Positions 9,124 to 18,370 of a stretch of 64,000 bases of DNA are shown here, in pieces. Location of the stretch: contig DASYKU010000112.1 of assembly GCA_035995165.1 (NCBI GenBank), positions 2,377-66,376 on the forward strand, written 5' to 3'. Source of the DNA: Mycobacteriales bacterium. Its GTDB lineage: Bacteria; Actinomycetota; Actinomycetes; Mycobacteriales; CADCTP01. A program made the translations under genes and the position numbers. The notes below the pieces were generated by a model. The model saw only the letters and a list, made by a program, of their open reading frames with translations, had not been told where the DNA came from and did no database searches. Position 1 is the stretch's first letter; each line of letters starts with the position of its first letter.

Positions 9124-9983
9124 GTCGGGATCCCCCGGCCGATCGAGCGGGTGTAGCGGGCCAGCAGGCCGCCGAGCACGACGTCGACCAGGTAGCCGAT
9201 GATGACCACGAAGATCACCACCGCCATCGAGCCGGGCGCGTCCAGCGCGCCGGTCAGCCGGGTCAGCAGCGCGCCCAGGCCCGGCGTCGCCGGCACCTTG
9301 ATCTCGGCGAAGATCTCCGTCGCGAACGCCAGCGGCAGCGCGATCCGGGTGGCCGCGAACAGGTACGGGACCGAGCTCGGCAGCAGGTAGGACCACGCGA
9401 TCCGCAGCGGCCCCGCGCCCATCATCCGCAGCGCGGTCAGCGTCCGGCGGTCGATCTCCGTGCTCGCCTGCAGCACCGAGAAGTAGTAGACGAACAGCGC
9501 GGCGCCGGTGACCAGCACGACGTGGGTCTTGGTGTTGGCTCCCAGCAGCAGCACGTAGAGCGAGATCAGCCCCACCTTCGGGATCGCGTACGTCAGCGTG
9601 ATGATCGGGTGGAACAGCCAGCGGCCGATGGGGTTCGCGGCCAGCACGCCGATCCCGACGCCGATCGGGATCGCGAGCAGCAGCGCGTAGAAGATCGTCA
9701 GCGCGGTCGACCCGAGGTTGGAGGGCAGCTGCCCGTCCATGATCAGCTGCCAGCCCCGGTGGCCGACCGAGACCGGCGTGCCGACCACGTCGTCGGGCAG
9801 CACGGCGTCGGGGCCGCCGGACAGCAGCTCCCACAGGCCCAGCACGGCGGCGATCAGCAGCAGCCGGGCGACCAGCACGGTGACCGAGGAGCGGGTGACG
9901 ATCCGCCGGCGGCGCGGCCGGCGCGGCGGCTCGGGGACCGCCTCCGGCAGGACCGCGGCCTCGCTCAGGGTCGGGGTGCTCAC
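9120..9983 (-). CDS. ABC transporter permease (NitT/TauT-type)
   Basis: ORF 9120..9983, GTG start with GTGA overlap to the ATPase stop. Loop ...LTALRMMGAGPLRIAWSYLLP. Confidence 0.88.
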   Translation of the reverse strand: MSTPTLSEAAVLPEAVPEPPRRPRRRRIVTRSSVTVLVARLLLIAAVLGLWELLSGGPDAVLPDDVVGTPVSVGHRGWQLIMDGQLPSNLGSTALTIFYALLLAIPIGVGIGVLAANPIGRWLFHPIITLTYAIPKVGLISLYVLLLGANTKTHVVLVTGAALFVYYFSVLQASTEIDRRTLTALRMMGAGPLRIAWSYLLPSSVPYLFAATRIALPLAFATEIFAEIKVPATPGLGALLTRLTGALDAPGSMAVVIFVVIIGYLVDVVLGGLLARYTRSIGRGIPT

Positions 9984-10834
9984 GCGGCGGCCGGCCTTTC
10001 CAGCGCCTCCCAGAGCTCGACGTAGAGCGCGCGGGCCTCCGAGGTCGCCCGGAAGCGGGCCACGTCCCGCGGCTGCGGCGCGTCGATGGTGCGCATCAGG
10101 CTGATCCGGGCCGGCCCGGTGCTCATCACGGCGACCCGGTGGCCGAGGGTGATGGCCTCGTCGAGGTCGTGCGTGACGTAGATGAGCGTGCGGCCGGTCT
10201 CATGCCAGACGTCGAGCAGCAGCTGTTGCAGCCGGACCCGCAGCAGGGCGTCGATCGCGCTGAACGGCTCGTCCATGAGCATGATGTCGGTGTCGCTGAG
10301 CAGTGCGCGGGCCAGCGAGAGCCGGCTGCGCATGCCGCCGGAGAGCTGGTGCGGGCGCAGTTTCTCCGCGTGCCCGACGCCGACCTTGGCCATCTGCTCG
10401 CGGGCCCGCTCGTACCGTTCCTTCTTGCCGACGCCCTTGATCTCCAGCGGCATCGCGGCGTTGTCGATCGCGCTACGCCAGGGCAGCAGCGTGTCGAACT
10501 GGGTCATGTACGTGACCCGCTTGTTCAGCCCGGCCACCGGCGAGCCGAGGCAGCTCAGCCGGCCGCCGGTGGGCTTGTAGATGCCCGCGACCAGGTTGAG
10601 GATCGTCGACTTGCCGCAGCCGGAGGGCCCGATCAGCACGAGTATCTCGCCCTGCCGCACCTGCAGGTTGAGGTTCTGCAGGACGTACGGCGATTCCTCG
10701 GTGTGCCGGAAGCTGAGGTCCTCGGCCTCGATGATGACCGGCGCGTCCCGGGGATCCCGGCCGGGTCCGGACCCGGCCGGGTCGGGGACGGTGCCGACCG
10801 AGCCGTGTTCTGCCACCACGTTGTGATCAGCCAC
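9980..10834 (-). CDS. ABC transporter ATP-binding protein (NitT/TauT family)
   Basis: ORF 9980..10942. Preferred start is GTG 10834, 9 nt after GGGAGG. Walker A GPSGCGKST, signature LSGGMRSR, Walker B IMLMDEPFSALD-like. Confidence 0.9.
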   Translation of the reverse strand: MADHNVVAEHGSVGTVPDPAGSGPGRDPRDAPVIIEAEDLSFRHTEESPYVLQNLNLQVRQGEILVLIGPSGCGKSTILNLVAGIYKPTGGRLSCLGSPVAGLNKRVTYMTQFDTLLPWRSAIDNAAMPLEIKGVGKKERYERAREQMAKVGVGHAEKLRPHQLSGGMRSRLSLARALLSDTDIMLMDEPFSAIDALLRVRLQQLLLDVWHETGRTLIYVTHDLDEAITLGHRVAVMSTGPARISLMRTIDAPQPRDVARFRATSEARALYVELWEALERPAAA

Positions 10835-10891
10835 TGGGCGGAGCCTCCCGCGCGTCGCCTGTCGATCGGATTTCGTGCGCCCGCTGGAGGC

Positions 10892-10902
10892 GTGTATACG
10901 AG
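10892..10902. promoter_or_regulatory. single GTATAC heptamer, candidate GntR half-operator
   Basis: gtGTATACgag lies about 60 bp upstream of the ABC ATPase start, in the divergent gap 10835-11170. Confidence 0.35.
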
Positions 10903-11071
10903 AAGAACACCATATCCGACGCGCCTGTCTTGTCAACGTCATGACGGCCTCCCGACGGCCACGACCGGCGCGTACGCTGACCGGACCGGCACCGTCGATG
11001 TCCTCGCGGAGATCGGGGACCGCCGATGAGGGCCGGAGATGGATGGTCGCGTTGACCGGTCTGCGATCCGC

Positions 11072-11094
11072 TTCGTATACTAGGAGTATGCACC
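11072..11094. promoter_or_regulatory. candidate GntR operator GTATACT-agga-GTATGCA
   Basis: ttcGTATACTaggaGTATGCAcc has nearly the same 18-mer architecture as the 18284-18306 site. It lies about 80 bp upstream of the CoxG-hydrolase start. Confidence 0.5.
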
Positions 11095-11170
11095 GTCGTC
11101 GCAGCTCGACGGCCGCCCGACCGGCGGCCCGGCACCGGACGCGGCGATCACGGAAAGCAGCGATGAGCCA

Positions 11171-12394
11171 GTGATCGAGATCAACGACGAGTTCACGGTG
11201 GCCGCTCCGCCAGCCCAGACCTACGCGGTGCTAGCCGACCCGCACGCGGTCGTCGAGTGCGTCAACGGCGCCGGCCTCGGCGCGCAGCACGAGGACGGCA
11301 GCTACGACGGCACCATGACGGTGAAGTTCAGCGCGCTGCGGGTGCAGTTCAAGGGCAAGGTCGCGCTGGAGCTCGACCCGGAGAACCTCAGCGGCACGGT
11401 GATCGCGAGCGGCCGCGACGGCCAGGGCGGCACCAAGTTCAAGGCCACGGCCGGGTTCACGGTCACCCCGGTGGACGGCGGCGCCGCCTCGCACGTGACC
11501 ACGACCGGCGAGGTCAACCTCAGCGGCAAGCTCGCCTCGGTCATCGACAACGCGGCCGCGGCCGTGGTCCGCCGGATGACCGCCGAGTTCGTCGAGGCGC
11601 TCAGCCTGCGCTGTGCCAGCGAATCGGCCCACCTCGGGCCGGACGTCGCGGCCGAGGCGGCGCAGGCGCTCCCGGCGCCGGCGGTGCTGCTGCTGCACGG
11701 CTTCGGCGGCGGCCCGGCCGACCTGCGCGGCTGGGGTGAGGCGCTGGCGGCCGAGGGGATCGCGGTCAGCATCCCGCGGCTGCCCGGCCACGGCTCGCAG
11801 TGGCGGGACCTGGACGAGCGGGCGGTCGCCGCCGCCCCGGCCGCGGCGGCCGAGAGCCTGGCCGCGCTGCGGGCCGACCACGACGTCGTGGTGGTCATGG
11901 GCATCTCCGCCGGGGCCACGTTCGCGCTCCGGCTGGCCGAGACCCGGCCGGACGACGTGGCCGGCGTGGTCGCGGTGAACCCGGCCGTGACCGGCCTGCG
12001 GGTGCCGTCCCCGCTGCGCCGCCGGCTGGCCTTCCTCCTCCCCGCCGTCCGGGTACGCGCCACCGGCGTCCGCAGGCCCGGCGTCCGCGCGGCGGGCTAC
12101 GACCGGCTGGCCATCCGCGCGCTGATCGCGCTGCAGGCGCTGGGCGGCCAGACCGTACGGGACCTGGGGTCGGTCTCGGCGCCGGTGCTGCTCGGCGCGT
12201 CCGGCCAGGACTCGATCGTCCGGACCACGGACGCCGACCTGGTCGCGTCCGGGCTGACGGCGGCGAAGCTGGAGCGGGTGCGGTTCGCCCGCAGCGACCA
12301 CCACGTCCCGCTGGACGAGGACGCCGCGGAGTTGTTCCGGCGCAGCGCGGGGTTCGTCGCGGACGTGGCCGAGCGGGACGTCGCCACCGGGTGA
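11171..12394 (+). CDS. fusion protein: CoxG/SRPBCC ligand-binding domain plus alpha/beta hydrolase (esterase/lipase type)
   Basis: ORF 11171..12394, GTG start. The N-terminal ~150 aa is CoxG-like (MIEINDEFTVAAPPAQTYAVLADPHAVVECV...GGTKFKATA...). The C-terminal part has HGFGGGP and the nucleophile elbow GISAG. Confidence 0.8.
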   Translation: MIEINDEFTVAAPPAQTYAVLADPHAVVECVNGAGLGAQHEDGSYDGTMTVKFSALRVQFKGKVALELDPENLSGTVIASGRDGQGGTKFKATAGFTVTPVDGGAASHVTTTGEVNLSGKLASVIDNAAAAVVRRMTAEFVEALSLRCASESAHLGPDVAAEAAQALPAPAVLLLHGFGGGPADLRGWGEALAAEGIAVSIPRLPGHGSQWRDLDERAVAAAPAAAAESLAALRADHDVVVVMGISAGATFALRLAETRPDDVAGVVAVNPAVTGLRVPSPLRRRLAFLLPAVRVRATGVRRPGVRAAGYDRLAIRALIALQALGGQTVRDLGSVSAPVLLGASGQDSIVRTTDADLVASGLTAAKLERVRFARSDHHVPLDEDAAELFRRSAGFVADVAERDVATG

Positions 12395-12416
12395 GCGGGT
12401 CTGCCGGGTGAGCGGG

Positions 12417-13139
12417 CTACTGGGCGAGCAGCTGCCGGATGCGCAGCTCGGACAGGTGCTGCATGTGGGCGGCCGCCAGCTTGGCGGCCTCCTCGGAGTC
12501 GCCCTGGCTGATCGCGTTGGCCAGCGCGACGTGCTCCGCGATCGACTCCTCCACCCGGCCGGGCAGGCTGAGCGTCGGGTCGGGGAAGCGCCGGGCGGCC
12601 GACTGGATCTGGCTGAGGAACCGGTCCAGGTACCGGTTGCCGGCGGCGTCGCGGACGATCGCGTGGAACTCGAAGTTCAGCCGGGACAGCAGCTTGATGT
12701 CGCCGTCCTCGCCGGCCTTCTTCATCCTCGGGATCAGCTCGGAGAACTTCTCCAGGCACTGCCGGGGCGCCCGCCGGGCCGCGAGCCGGGAGGCCAGCGT
12801 CTCCAGGGTCTCGCGCATCGCGTACAGCTCCAGCACGTCGTCGCTGGTCATCGGCGTGACGACCGCGCCCTGGTTGGCGTTGATGCGCAGCAGGCCCTCG
12901 GATGCCAGCACCCGCAGCGCGTCCCGGACCGGGGTGCGGCTCACCTGCAGCGCCTTGGCCACCTCGGACTCCCGCAACCACGCGCCCGGCTCCAGCAGCC
13001 CGTCGAGGATCGCCTCGCGGAGCACCTGGGCCACCGCGTCCGGCATCCGGCCGCGCGTCGGCGGGGCCCCGTCGAGCTTGAGTGACAGCGCATGCAAGCC
13101 CTGAGCCGCACTGCCGTTGTCACGCATGGGCTGCGACAT
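12417..13139 (-). CDS. GntR-family transcriptional regulator (FadR/FCD subfamily)
   Basis: ORF 12417..13139. Winged HTH ...LRESEVAKALQVSRTPVRDALRVLASEGLL plus an all-helical FCD-like C-terminal domain. Confidence 0.9.
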   Translation of the reverse strand: MSQPMRDNGSAAQGLHALSLKLDGAPPTRGRMPDAVAQVLREAILDGLLEPGAWLRESEVAKALQVSRTPVRDALRVLASEGLLRINANQGAVVTPMTSDDVLELYAMRETLETLASRLAARRAPRQCLEKFSELIPRMKKAGEDGDIKLLSRLNFEFHAIVRDAAGNRYLDRFLSQIQSAARRFPDPTLSLPGRVEESIAEHVALANAISQGDSEEAAKLAAAHMQHLSELRIRQLLAQ

Positions 13140-13182
13140 TCCCGTCTCATTCCTGTGGTCGGCGGGACCGATAGTGTGGGCA

Positions 13183-13192
13183 TCGTATACAG
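13183..13192. promoter_or_regulatory. single GTATAC heptamer near the GntR start
   Basis: tcGTATACag lies about 45 bp upstream of the GntR ATG (13139, minus strand). Confidence 0.4.
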
Positions 13193-13342
13193 CAATGGCC
13201 CGCCTGCGGCCAAAGGTCGGTCCAACTCGAGTCCGTACGCGTCGGGCCTGCGCGTCGGCCTTGACACCTTATACGGTCCGGCCTCGGCGAGGAAGCCACC
13301 GAAGGTCGGCGCCTGGCTGTTGCTTACGGGTTTCTCGACTTA

Positions 13343-13363
13343 TTGTATGCTAGATGAATACAG
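13343..13363. promoter_or_regulatory. candidate GntR operator, imperfect inverted repeat TTGTATGC-N5-GAATACAG
   Basis: ttgtatgctagatgaatacag lies 35 bp upstream of the ThDP-1 start at 13398. Confidence 0.5.
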
Positions 13364-13397
13364 ACTGCTCTCCGAGGTGCTCTGAAGGGGTCGCCGT

Positions 13398-15050
13398 ATG
13401 AAGGTCTATGAGGCGCTCGCGCGGGCGTTCGTCGCCGAAGGCGCGACCGCGGTGTTCGGCATGATGGGCGACGCCAACATGTACTGGATGAACAGCCTCG
13501 ACGAGCTCGGTGTCGAGTTGCTGGAGGTCCGGCACGAGGGCGCCGGCCTGGCCATGGCCGACGGCTTCGGCCGCATCGCCGGCGTCCCGGGCGTCTGCAC
13601 GGCGACCAGCGGTCCCGGCGTCGCCCAGCTCGCCACCACGCTGCTCGTCGCGGCCCGGGCGCGGACGCCGCTGGTCGCCTTCGTCGGGCAGACCGTGGCC
13701 GGCGACGACGAGGCCCCGCAGCGGCTGGACCAGCGCAAGTTCGCCGACGCCTGCGAGTGCGCCTTCGTCCCGGTCACCTCCGCCGACGACGCGTACGAGG
13801 CCGTGCAGAAGGCGTTCTACCTGGCCAAGACCGAGTCCCGGCCGGTCATGCTGAACGCGCCGATGGACGTGCAGCAGCAGAGCATCGACGAAGACGACCA
13901 GTACGTCACCTCGGACGAGCTGATCAAGCCCTACACGGTGTATCCGGACCCGGCCAAGATCGCCGAGGCGGCCGAGGTCGTGGCCCGCAGCCGCAAGCCG
14001 GTGATCGTGGTCGGCCGCGGCGCGCAGCGGTCCGGGGCCGGCGACGCGATCCTGCAGCTGGCCGAGAACACCGGCGCGCTGATCGCGACCACGCTGATGG
14101 CCAAGACCTGGCTGAGCGAGGACGAATACCACGTCGGCATCTCCGGCCTGTACTCCACGAAGACCGCGATGGGCTTGTTCCAGGACGCGGACGTCGTCAT
14201 CGCCGTCGGCGCCAGCCTGAACAAGTTCACCACCGAGCACGGCTACCTCTACCCGGGCGCGACCTACATCCAGTTCGACGCGCAGCCGCACGTGGTCATG
14301 GGCGGCAACCGGACCGCGGACCTGTACGTGCACTCCGACGCGCGGCTGGGCATCGAGCAGCTGCACCAGGCGCTGCTGACCAAGGGCGTGCACCACAACG
14401 AGGGCTTCCGCACCCCCGCGGTGAAGGACATGCTCGCGACCGCCTTCGAGGACAACGAGCCGTACGAGCTCGAGGACACGACCGTGGACCCGCGCCGGGT
14501 CTGCGAGCTGCTGGACGAGAAGATCCCGGCCGAGATCGGGCTGGTCATCGGCGGCGGGCAGAACATCTGCTTCTCCACGATCCTGATGAAGCGCCGGCGC
14601 GACCTGGTGCTGGCCAACCAGCACTTCGGCTGCATCGGGCAGGGCCTGACCACGGCGATGGGCGCGGTCAAGGCCAGCGGCAACAAGCCCGCGTTCCTGG
14701 TCGAGGGCGACGCCGGTTTCATGATGCACCTGCCGGAGTTCGAGACCGCGGTGCGCTACGGGATGCCGCTGCTGGTGGTCATCTTCAACGACCAGCTGCT
14801 CGGCGCGGAATACCACAAGGCGCGGGTCAAGGGGCTCAACGCCGACCTGGCCCGGATCACCACCCCGGACCTGGGTGAGGTGGGGCGCGCGCTGGGCGGC
14901 CGCGGCAGCCTGGTCCGCTCGCTGGACCAGCTCGCGGCGGCGGTGGACGAGTTCGTCGCCGACCCCGCGCCGACGCTGGTCGACGTCCGGATCTCGACGA
15001 ACGTGATCAGCATCCCGTACCGGCGGCTGCACTTCGGCCAGGACGCCTGA
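13398..15050 (+). CDS. thiamine-diphosphate-dependent enzyme, acetolactate-synthase-like family (paralogue 1)
   Basis: ORF 13398..15050. Pyr-domain RHEGAGLAMADG, central domain PVIVVGRG, PP-domain GDAGFMM...NDQ. Confidence 0.9.
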   Translation: MKVYEALARAFVAEGATAVFGMMGDANMYWMNSLDELGVELLEVRHEGAGLAMADGFGRIAGVPGVCTATSGPGVAQLATTLLVAARARTPLVAFVGQTVAGDDEAPQRLDQRKFADACECAFVPVTSADDAYEAVQKAFYLAKTESRPVMLNAPMDVQQQSIDEDDQYVTSDELIKPYTVYPDPAKIAEAAEVVARSRKPVIVVGRGAQRSGAGDAILQLAENTGALIATTLMAKTWLSEDEYHVGISGLYSTKTAMGLFQDADVVIAVGASLNKFTTEHGYLYPGATYIQFDAQPHVVMGGNRTADLYVHSDARLGIEQLHQALLTKGVHHNEGFRTPAVKDMLATAFEDNEPYELEDTTVDPRRVCELLDEKIPAEIGLVIGGGQNICFSTILMKRRRDLVLANQHFGCIGQGLTTAMGAVKASGNKPAFLVEGDAGFMMHLPEFETAVRYGMPLLVVIFNDQLLGAEYHKARVKGLNADLARITTPDLGEVGRALGGRGSLVRSLDQLAAAVDEFVADPAPTLVDVRISTNVISIPYRRLHFGQDA

Positions 15051-15070
15051 GCCTGTCCGTACGGCGGTTC

Positions 15071-15099
15071 CGGCCCGGGGCAGCGCCGCCCCCGGGCCG
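15071..15099. terminator. hairpin, perfect 10-bp GC stem (cggcccgggg / ccccgggccg)
   Basis: Read directly in the 132-bp gap between the convergent ThDP genes. Confidence 0.55.
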
Positions 15100-15135
15100 T
15101 GACGGTCCCGGCCCGGTCTGAACAGTCCACACAGG

Positions 15136-15171
15136 ACAGTGCCCCGTCGCCGGAAGGCGACGGGGCACTGT
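15136..15171. terminator. hairpin, perfect 16-bp stem with GGAA tetraloop
   Basis: acagtgccccgtcgcc-ggaa-ggcgacggggcactgt; probable bidirectional terminator between the convergent ThDP genes. Confidence 0.7.
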
Positions 15172-15182
15172 CGGGTCGGGGG

Positions 15183-16829
15183 TCAGGCCTCCTGGCCGTA
15201 GAAGCGGCGGCGGTTGGGGATGCTGGCCACCACCTGCGCGATGCGCAGGTCGATGATCATCGGCCCGGGGCTGGCGACGAACTCCTTCGCCGCCTGCCGC
15301 AGCTCCTCGACCGAGCGGCACAGCGCCCCGCGACCGCCGAGCGTCACGCCGACCGCGCCCAGGTCCGGCGTCGGGATGCTGGTCATCGACAGGTCGATGT
15401 CCTTGGTCAGCATCGAGTGGTATTCGGCCGCCATGCCCTCGTCGTTCATGACCACCACCAGCAGCGGTACGGCGTAGCGCACCGCGGTCTCGAAGTCGGC
15501 GAGGTGCATGAGGAAGCCGGCGTCACCCTCGAGCAGGAAGGCCGGCGTGTTCTCGGCGATCACCCCGCCGATCGCGGTCGGCATGCCCTGGCCGATGCAG
15601 GCGAAGTGCAGGTTGGGCAGGATCCAGGACCGCGGCCGGCGGGCCAGCATGATCCCGAAGTGGTTCTGCTGGCCGCCGCCGAGCACCAGGCCGATGTCGC
15701 CGGGGATCTCCTCGTCCAGCACCCGGACGGCCTCGCGCGGGTCGACCAGGCCGGCGCCGAACTCGTACTCCTGCGGGTCGTCCAGGGCGTGCTCCAGCCG
15801 GTCCCGGACCTCGTCGGTGTGGTAGCCGGTCAGCGTCACGCCGCGCTCGGCCAGCGCCGCGTCGAGCACCTGGGTGCCGAGCTTGGCGTCGGAGGAGATG
15901 TAGCAGTCCGCGGTGCGGCCGTCGCCCATGACCACGCTGCGCTTGGCGTCGATCTGGATGACCTTCGCCGACGGGTAGAGGTAGCCGTGCTCGGTGGTGT
16001 AGAGGTTCATGCTCGCGCCGATCGCGATCACGCAGTCGGACTCGCCGAACAGCTCCATCCCCGTCCTCGTCGAGAACAGCCCCGAGACGCCGGCGTGGTA
16101 CGGGTGGTCGTTGAGCCAGTTCTTCGCGATCAGCGAGGTCGCGATCACCGCGCCGGTCCGGTCGGCCAGCCGGCGGATCTCCTCGCCGGCGCCCGCCAGG
16201 ATCGCGCCCCGCCCGACGATGATCACCGGCTTCTCGCTGCCGGCGATGAGGTCGACGGCCTCGGCGATGCTGGCCGGGTTCGGGTACGGCGGGTTCGCGG
16301 TCAGCAGCGCGGTCGACGGCACGTACTCGTCGGCGTCGTCCACGTCGTGGTTGCGCAGGTCCTCCGGCATGCTCAGGATCACCGGCCGGGACTCGGTCCG
16401 GGCCTGGTGGAAGGCCCGCTGCACCTTCTCGTACACGGTGTCGGCGCTGGTGAGGCGGACGAAGCCGGCCTCGACCGCGGCGGCGAAGCGGGCCTGGTCG
16501 AGGTGCTGGGCGGCGTCGTCGTCACCGAACGGGACGTCGCCGCAGAAGGCGACCAGCGGCGTGTTGGCCCGGCCGGCCACGATCATCGCGGTGGCCAGCT
16601 GGGCGATGCCCGGTCCGCCGGTGGTGGTGACCACGCCCGGTGTGCCGGTCATCCGGGCCCAGCCGTCGGCCATGGCCAGCCCGGCCCCCTCGTGCCGGAC
16701 GTGGTGGACGGTGGCGCCCAGCTCGTTCATGTATTTCATCCAGCTGGCGTTCGCGCCGCCCATCATGCCGAAGACCGCGGTGACGCCCTCGGCGTAGAAC
16801 GCGTTGGCCAGCGCCTGGTAGACCTTCAT
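15183..16829 (-). CDS. thiamine-diphosphate-dependent enzyme, acetolactate-synthase-like family (paralogue 2)
   Basis: ORF 15183..16829. Collinear with paralogue 1, from MKVYQALANAF... to ...IPNRRRFYGQEA. Roughly half of the positions are identical by eye. Confidence 0.9.
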   Translation of the reverse strand: MKVYQALANAFYAEGVTAVFGMMGGANASWMKYMNELGATVHHVRHEGAGLAMADGWARMTGTPGVVTTTGGPGIAQLATAMIVAGRANTPLVAFCGDVPFGDDDAAQHLDQARFAAAVEAGFVRLTSADTVYEKVQRAFHQARTESRPVILSMPEDLRNHDVDDADEYVPSTALLTANPPYPNPASIAEAVDLIAGSEKPVIIVGRGAILAGAGEEIRRLADRTGAVIATSLIAKNWLNDHPYHAGVSGLFSTRTGMELFGESDCVIAIGASMNLYTTEHGYLYPSAKVIQIDAKRSVVMGDGRTADCYISSDAKLGTQVLDAALAERGVTLTGYHTDEVRDRLEHALDDPQEYEFGAGLVDPREAVRVLDEEIPGDIGLVLGGGQQNHFGIMLARRPRSWILPNLHFACIGQGMPTAIGGVIAENTPAFLLEGDAGFLMHLADFETAVRYAVPLLVVVMNDEGMAAEYHSMLTKDIDLSMTSIPTPDLGAVGVTLGGRGALCRSVEELRQAAKEFVASPGPMIIDLRIAQVVASIPNRRRFYGQEA

Positions 16830-16854
16830 TGCTCTGCAGCCTCCGTGGAAAGTG

Positions 16855-18243
16855 TCAGCGGTCGCCGAAGTCGGCGATCGTGGCGATGGCCTCGGTCAGG
16901 TCGGGGGCTTCCTCGATCGTCCACCAGGCCTTGCGTACGGCGTCGCGGTGCTCGTCGGGAATCACCCCGCGGCAGGTCCGGTCGATCTTGGCGTCGATGT
17001 CGGCCACGCTCATCGGATTGTTCATGTGGCCGCGGGGATAGGTGACGATCTCCTGCAGCTGCCCTCCGGACTTCGTCCGGACGGTGATGCGGACCTTGGG
17101 GGAGCCGGCGATCTCCATGCCCGGCGGCCGGTAGCCCGCGGTGAACTCCTCGTTCTCCCGGATCGAGATCTTGGCCATCACCGGCCGCAGCGCCGGGTCG
17201 GCGATCCGCTCGTCGGTGAACGAGTCGACCGTGACGTCGCCGTCGACCAGCGCCACGCTGAGCAGGTAGGGCAGGGAGTGGTCGGCGGTCTCCCGGTTCT
17301 TCGGGTCCCAGACCGACGGGTCCAGCCCGATCGCCACCCGCATCACCGAGTAGGCCTCGACGTCGATCGACTCGATCTCGTCCACGCTCGTCCACTCCCG
17401 CACCGTCGGCATCAGCCCGAGCAGCGCCTGGGAGTGGGACTCGGCCGGGAACATCTTCTGGTGCGAGATCTCGGTGATGTAGTGCCCGCCCGGGTACGCC
17501 GGCAGGCTCAGCTCGAACGGCCCGGTCACCTGCTCGAAGACACCCGCGGTGCCCTCGAACGGCTCGGCCGGGCCGGTCATGCCCTCGCCCGCGTACTGGG
17601 TCATGGTCAGCGCGTGCATCACCGCGTCGGCGGTGGCGGCGCCCTTCCACATCGACAGCTCGCCGCGCCGGGTCACCATCAGCGGGATGGAGGGCACGAT
17701 GCTCAGCGAGATCGCGTTGGCCAGCTGCGCGCCGGTGAAGTGCCGGAGCTTGCCGATGCCGGCCGCGGTGGCCGCGCCCATGAACGTGCCCTGGTCCCAG
17801 CCCCGCTGGGTGGCCGGGGCCCCGTTGCCCAGCGCGCCCAGCACCTCGTACGACAGGGCGATCGCCTCGAGCAGGTCCGCGCCGGACGAGCCGAGGGTCT
17901 CCGCGGTGGCGATCAGCGCGGCGATCATGTCGCTGGGGTGGCCGCCGCCCTTGGCCAGCATGCCGTCGTTCCAGTCCAGCCCGCGGATCATGATCGTGTT
18001 GGCGAACGTGGCGTACGCCGGGTGCGAGGTCAGGCCGGCGCCGAACACCGTGGCCGGGCTGATCCCCGAGACCGTGCGGGCGACCCGGACGGCGATCTGG
18101 GCGGGCTCCTTCGAGTAGCCGGCCACCGCGCACGCGATCGAGTCGACCAGGTGTCGCAGGGTCGCGTCCCGGGCCGGCGATGTGATCGCCGCGTACGAGA
18201 AGTCCTGAGCGTACTCGACCAGCAGCGCGGTGGTCTTGTCCAT
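16855..18243 (-). CDS. MmgE/PrpD family protein (2-methylcitrate-dehydratase-like)
   Basis: ORF 16855..18243, 462 aa. PrpD-type blocks ...GGHPSD..., ...WDQGT..., ...ADHSLPY.... Confidence 0.85.
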   Translation of the reverse strand: MDKTTALLVEYAQDFSYAAITSPARDATLRHLVDSIACAVAGYSKEPAQIAVRVARTVSGISPATVFGAGLTSHPAYATFANTIMIRGLDWNDGMLAKGGGHPSDMIAALIATAETLGSSGADLLEAIALSYEVLGALGNGAPATQRGWDQGTFMGAATAAGIGKLRHFTGAQLANAISLSIVPSIPLMVTRRGELSMWKGAATADAVMHALTMTQYAGEGMTGPAEPFEGTAGVFEQVTGPFELSLPAYPGGHYITEISHQKMFPAESHSQALLGLMPTVREWTSVDEIESIDVEAYSVMRVAIGLDPSVWDPKNRETADHSLPYLLSVALVDGDVTVDSFTDERIADPALRPVMAKISIRENEEFTAGYRPPGMEIAGSPKVRITVRTKSGGQLQEIVTYPRGHMNNPMSVADIDAKIDRTCRGVIPDEHRDAVRKAWWTIEEAPDLTEAIATIADFGDR

Positions 18244-18283
18244 CTACGGGCCACGTCCTTCGCGTTCTCGGAGTCCTCTCGGC

Positions 18284-18306
18284 TTGGTATACTCTACGTA
18301 TGCAAC
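18284..18306. promoter_or_regulatory. candidate GntR operator GTATACT-ctac-GTATGCA
   Basis: ttgGTATACTctacGTATGCAac lies in the PrpD/ALDH divergent gap. Confidence 0.5.
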
Positions 18307-18370
18307 TAGCACTTCGGTAGTCCGCACGCCGAGGAAACGGCGTGACGCCCATCCGAAAGGGGCTCCGGCC

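Noticed and set aside
12388-12416. 12-bp direct repeat cgggtgagcggg x2 between the convergent CoxG-hydrolase and GntR genes
   Set aside because: Short, GC-rich and spanning the first gene's stop codon and abutting the second's. Most simply a chance or slippage duplicate, with no hairpin potential and no second locus.
13398-16829. Annotating the ThDP enzymes as acetolactate synthase (ilvB/ilvG)
   Set aside because: No small regulatory subunit, no ilvC/ilvD context, three paralogues in a catabolic neighbourhood under a GntR regulator. Only the fold can be called, not the reaction.
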